A stretch of DNA of 64,000 bases from Vulcanimicrobiota bacterium (GTDB lineage: Bacteria; Vulcanimicrobiota; Vulcanimicrobiia; Eremiobacterales; Eremiobacteraceae): positions 32,001 to 96,000 of the forward strand of contig CAWETU010000001.1 of the NCBI GenBank assembly GCA_963812135.1, read 5' to 3'. The notes under the pieces are model-generated. The model was given only the letters and a program-made list of their open reading frames with translations, was not told where the DNA came from and searched no databases. This document shows positions 60,670 through 64,000 of this stretch, piece by piece (within the stretch, counting starts at the first letter, position 1; the number at the start of each line of letters is the position of its first letter). The position numbers and the translations under genes are program-made.

Positions 60670-61949
60670 GATAGAACTGTGTCGCACGATGCCGCAAGCC
60701 GTTTGAGTCCTTCTGCGAGATCCGCGTCGCTGATCACCAACGGCACGAGCACGCGGATCACGCAGCCGCGCGATCCGGCGGTCAGCAAGAGCAGCCCGTG
60801 TTCGCGCGCGTCGGCGATGATGCGCTTGCTGACGGGCTCTTCGCCCGGCTTCGTGACGAACTCCATCGCGTGCATCGCGCCGCGGCCGCGCACGTCGCCG
60901 ATGTGTTTCGGATAACGGCGCTTCAGCTCGAGCATCGCGGTCCGCACCGCCTCCCCGATCACGGCAGCGCGCTCGACGAGCCGTTGCTCCTCGAACACGT
61001 CGAGCACGGCGAGCGCCGCCGCACACGCAAGCGGATTGCCCGCGTACGTGCCTCCCAGGCCACCCGGCGCCGGCGCGTCCATGATCTCTGCTTTGCCGAT
61101 CACCGCGGCGAGGGGTAAGCCCGCCGCCATGCTCTTGGCGACGCACAATAGGTCGGCTTCGATGCCGGCATGCTCGATGTCGAACATCTTCCCGGTGCGC
61201 CCGTAACCCGTTTGGATCTCGTCGCAGATCAACACGATGCCGTGTCGCGTCGCGACCTCGCGCAGCGCCCGTAAGAATTCGACGGGCGCGGGGACGAAGC
61301 CGCCCTCGCCGAGGATCGGTTCGATGATGATCGCCGCGACGCGGTCGGGCGCGACGTCGGATTCAAACACGTCGTCGAGCGCCGCCAAACTGCGCTGAAC
61401 GGTCCAGCCCTCGTATTCGTTGGGAAACGGTGTGTGATAGATCTCGCTGCAGAACGGTCCGAAGTGCTGTTTGTACGGCTCGTTCTTGCCCGTCATGGTG
61501 AGCGCGAGCAACGTGCGCCCGTGATAGCCGTGTTGAAAGGCGATGACCGCCGGGCGGCCGGTGAACTCGCGCGCGATCTTGACCGCGTTCTCCGTGGCCT
61601 CCGCGCCGGTGCTCAACAAAAGCGTTTTCTTGCGGCTCGAGCCGGGTGCCAAACGGTTCAGGCGACTCGCGAGTTCGACGTACGAATCGTACATGGCGAC
61701 TTGAAAGCACACGTGCGTGAAGCGTTCGAGCTGGTCGCGGATAGCAGCGGCCACACGCGGATTCGTGTGCCCGACGTTGAGCACGCCGATGCCGCCGATG
61801 AAATCGATGTATTGCTTGCCGTCAACATCCCACACCGTCGCACCGGAGGCGCGCTCGACGAACATGGGGTGCGCATTGCCGACGCCGCGAGTCACCTCGG
61901 CGGCCCGCTGATCGAGAAGCGCGGCGGTGCGCGACGTTGCTATCGCCAC
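60666..61949 (-). CDS. gabT: 4-aminobutyrate--2-oxoglutarate aminotransferase
   Basis: DFIGGIGVLNVGH, H.CFQV..Y..Y, GAEA.ENAVKIAR, HGRT, EP..GEGGF, DEIQTG.GRTG, AKSMA.G.PL, GGLGGTYAGNP. Confidence 0.92.
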   Translation of the reverse strand: MAIATSRTAALLDQRAAEVTRGVGNAHPMFVERASGATVWDVDGKQYIDFIGGIGVLNVGHTNPRVAAAIRDQLERFTHVCFQVAMYDSYVELASRLNRLAPGSSRKKTLLLSTGAEATENAVKIAREFTGRPAVIAFQHGYHGRTLLALTMTGKNEPYKQHFGPFCSEIYHTPFPNEYEGWTVQRSLAALDDVFESDVAPDRVAAIIIEPILGEGGFVPAPVEFLRALREVATRHGIVLICDEIQTGYGRTGKMFDIEHAGIEADLLCVAKSMAAGLPLAAVIGKAEIMDAPAPGGLGGTYAGNPLACAAALAVLDVFEEQRLVERAAVIGEAVRTAMLELKRRYPKHIGDVRGRGAMHAMEFVTKPGEEPVSKRIIADAREHGLLLLTAGSRGCVIRVLVPLVISDADLAEGLKRLAASCDTVLS

Positions 61950-61993
61950 CTTGAGGCCGTCCTTTCATTGTCCCGTGATATGGGCTGCGTACC

Positions 61994-62044
61994 TTGTAGT
62001 GTATCAATCTCGGCCTGCCGAAGCCACGTGCGCAAAGCACAAAA
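61994..62044 (-). promoter_or_regulatory. Candidate gabT operon promoter (extended -10) with upstream PucR-type operator half-site
   Basis: Minus strand TGATACACT (61998-62006) matches TGn-TAnnnT. Upstream TTTTGTG-N7-CAC (62028-62044). Confidence 0.35.
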
Positions 62045-62073
62045 TACAGGCCTGACTTCGTATCGGTGGCACA

Positions 62074-63702
62074 TTGAACGTCCGAGAAGCATTGGCGGTA
62101 GAATCGCTGCGCGACGCCCGTCTGGTCGCAGGCGAGCTAGGGCTTGAGCGCGAGGTCCGCTGGGCGCACGTCATCGACATGCCCGACCCGGCCCCGTGGG
62201 TTCGGCCCGGCCAGCTGCTGCTGACCACCGGCTTCGCCTGGCCGAAAAGCGAGCGCGATCAGCGCGCGCAGGTCGAGTCGCTGACCAACGCGGGTTTGGC
62301 CGCGATGGCGCTAGCGGTGCCCCGCTACCTCGAGCACTTCACCGCCGCCGCGAAAGACGAGGCGAACCGGCTGGGGCTGCCGTTGCTCGAGATCCCATTC
62401 GAGATCCCGTTCGCACAAGTCACAGAAGAGCTGCACCGCGCGATCTTGGCCGAGCAATATCGTGTGGTCGAGCGCTCCGAGGAGATCCATCGCGAGCTCA
62501 CGCTCGCGGCGACGCGTGGCTCGAACCTGCGCGACCTCGCGCGCACGTTGGGCGAGTTGCTGTGGCGTTCCGTGACGTTCGAGGACCCCGACGGCAAGCT
62601 GCTTGCGTTCTACGCCTCCGGTGCCGACGAAGATGAAGTGCGCCGCGAGACCGTGCAAAAAGAGCAAAGCCCTCCTTCGATGATCAATGCGATGGAGTCG
62701 AAAGGCCTGCTCGCCGAGATCCGCGCGAGCGCGGGTCCGTTGCGCATCGAAGCGATGCCGGAGATCGGCTTGGCGGGCGCCCGCGTCGTCTGCCCGATCC
62801 GGATCGGCACGGAGCTCGTCGGCCTCGTCTGGATCATCGAAGGCGAATCGGCGCTGTCCGAGCTCGACAATCGAGCCGCCGAACACGCGGCGCTCGTCGC
62901 CGCGCTGCACATCGCGCATCAGCGCGAGCTCGCCAGCACTGAGGCGCGGCTCGGCTACGCATCCTTTCTCTCCCTGCTCGAGAGCGCCGAAGACGATGCG
63001 CAAGCCATCGAACGAGCGCGCCTGCTCGGTTTCGATACGCGCGGGCGCCACCGCGTCGGCCTCGCGGTCATCCCTGAGCCGCTGCCGCTCAGCCGCGAAG
63101 CGTTCTTGCGGCGCGAGCGGGTCGCCGAACAGTTGCGCAATCGCTTGGCGGCTGGTGGAGCCCGCCCGCAATTGACCGCCCAACTCAACCGCGTCGCGTT
63201 CTTGTTGCCGGAGGCGGTGCCGGCGGAGGCGGTTGTCGGCGGCCTCAGCGACGAAGGCGTCACCGTGGTGTTGGGTCGATCGTACACCGGCACGCAGGGC
63301 GCTCGACGCAGCTATCGCGAGGCGCTGTCGCTGCTCAACTATCAGAGCGCGGCGCGCATCCGGACATTTGAAGACGCACTCGTGCCGCGCGTGCTGATGG
63401 GCGATCCCGCTGCCCGCGCCGCGTTCATCGAAGACCTGTTCGGTGCCCTCAAGACGCGCCGCGGCGGAGAGACCTTGACCAAAGCATTGCTCGCGCTCGC
63501 CGCCTCGGGCTTCAATTTTAAGGAGACGGCTGAACGGCTCGGCATCCATCCGAACACGCTTCGTTACAGGCTCACGCGTGCAGTGGAGACGACCCAGCTC
63601 GATCTTGAGAACCCTGATGTTCGCTTCCGATTGCAGCTCGCCGTTCGCGTTTTGGAGTTCCTCTCTAAAGATGAGAAGGAAAATTGTGGTGTCCGGACAT
63701 AG
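62074..63702 (+). CDS. PucR family transcriptional regulator
   Basis: N-terminal LVAG..GL.R.VRWAHV.D.PD..PW...G.LLLTTG, central GAF-like region, C-terminal TAERLGIHPNTLRYRL HTH. Divergent from gabT. Confidence 0.93.
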   Translation: MNVREALAVESLRDARLVAGELGLEREVRWAHVIDMPDPAPWVRPGQLLLTTGFAWPKSERDQRAQVESLTNAGLAAMALAVPRYLEHFTAAAKDEANRLGLPLLEIPFEIPFAQVTEELHRAILAEQYRVVERSEEIHRELTLAATRGSNLRDLARTLGELLWRSVTFEDPDGKLLAFYASGADEDEVRRETVQKEQSPPSMINAMESKGLLAEIRASAGPLRIEAMPEIGLAGARVVCPIRIGTELVGLVWIIEGESALSELDNRAAEHAALVAALHIAHQRELASTEARLGYASFLSLLESAEDDAQAIERARLLGFDTRGRHRVGLAVIPEPLPLSREAFLRRERVAEQLRNRLAAGGARPQLTAQLNRVAFLLPEAVPAEAVVGGLSDEGVTVVLGRSYTGTQGARRSYREALSLLNYQSAARIRTFEDALVPRVLMGDPAARAAFIEDLFGALKTRRGGETLTKALLALAASGFNFKETAERLGIHPNTLRYRLTRAVETTQLDLENPDVRFRLQLAVRVLEFLSKDEKENCGVRT

Positions 63703-63770
63703 TCGCAGGCTCGGTTTCTTAGTACACTCTTAACCAATAACCGCCTTGACTGTCTGTCAGGAGTTATCGC

Positions 63771-64000
63771 ATGTCGTTCAATCGGTTTGCGGTCGCGTGC
63801 ACAGCGGCCGTTTGTCTTTTCGGCCTCGCGACGCCCGGCATGTCCGGCACAACGGGAGGCATCACAGGTAGGGTGCTGGACGCGACATCGAACGCTCCTG
63901 TCGCCGACGCCGCCATCTCGGCGACGTCGCCCTCGCAAAACGCGACGACGAAGAGCGATGCTGACGGACATTTCAATTTCATCTCGCTCGGTCCAGACAC
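63771..64000 (+). CDS. Secreted protein with carboxypeptidase-regulatory-like domain (probable TonB-dependent receptor N-terminus), truncated by window end
   Basis: Translated by hand: MSFNRFAVACTAAVCLFGLATPGMSGTTGGITGRVLDATSNAPVADAAISATSPSQNATTKSDADGHFNFISLGPD. RBS AGGAG at 63759. Confidence 0.7.
   Translation, partial: MSFNRFAVACTAAVCLFGLATPGMSGTTGGITGRVLDATSNAPVADAAISATSPSQNATTKSDADGHFNFISLGPD

Overview
This is a GC-rich, densely coding bacterial chromosomal window. Housekeeping gene order is Firmicutes-like (mfd-prsA-yabN-yabO; whiA-gap-pgk-tpiA-gpmI; lspA-rluA-tgt-yggS-sepF-divIVA; csaB-DUF5693), yet it also encodes predicted outer-membrane beta-barrel and TonB-type proteins. That mix suggests a diderm Terrabacteria lineage such as Ca. 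Eremiobacterota/Vulcanimicrobiota (inference only). Accessory blocks are: (1) a ~17 kb surface-glycan locus with three AftD/DUF3367-like GT-C membrane proteins, FkbM, ugd, UDP-xylose synthase, an O-antigen ligase, a LptD-like protein, a CBM20-like protein, a phosphoglycosyltransferase and deoB; (2) a sulfatase/FGE/SulP island; (3) an isolated flgF-flgG-flgJ-like-fliA module behind a leader hairpin that covers the RBS; (4) a PucR-linked putrescine/GABA catabolic operon. The most unusual observations are palindromic (REP/MITE-like) elements inserted in frame within three protein-coding genes (mfd, rluA, a degenerate GGDEF gene), a circularly permuted CcdA, an IleRS with a GVHH signature and a TGT with a hybrid substrate pocket. 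At least eight single-base frameshifts, one in ileS, most likely reflect sequencing or assembly error. I found no rRNA, tRNA, CRISPR array or transposase.
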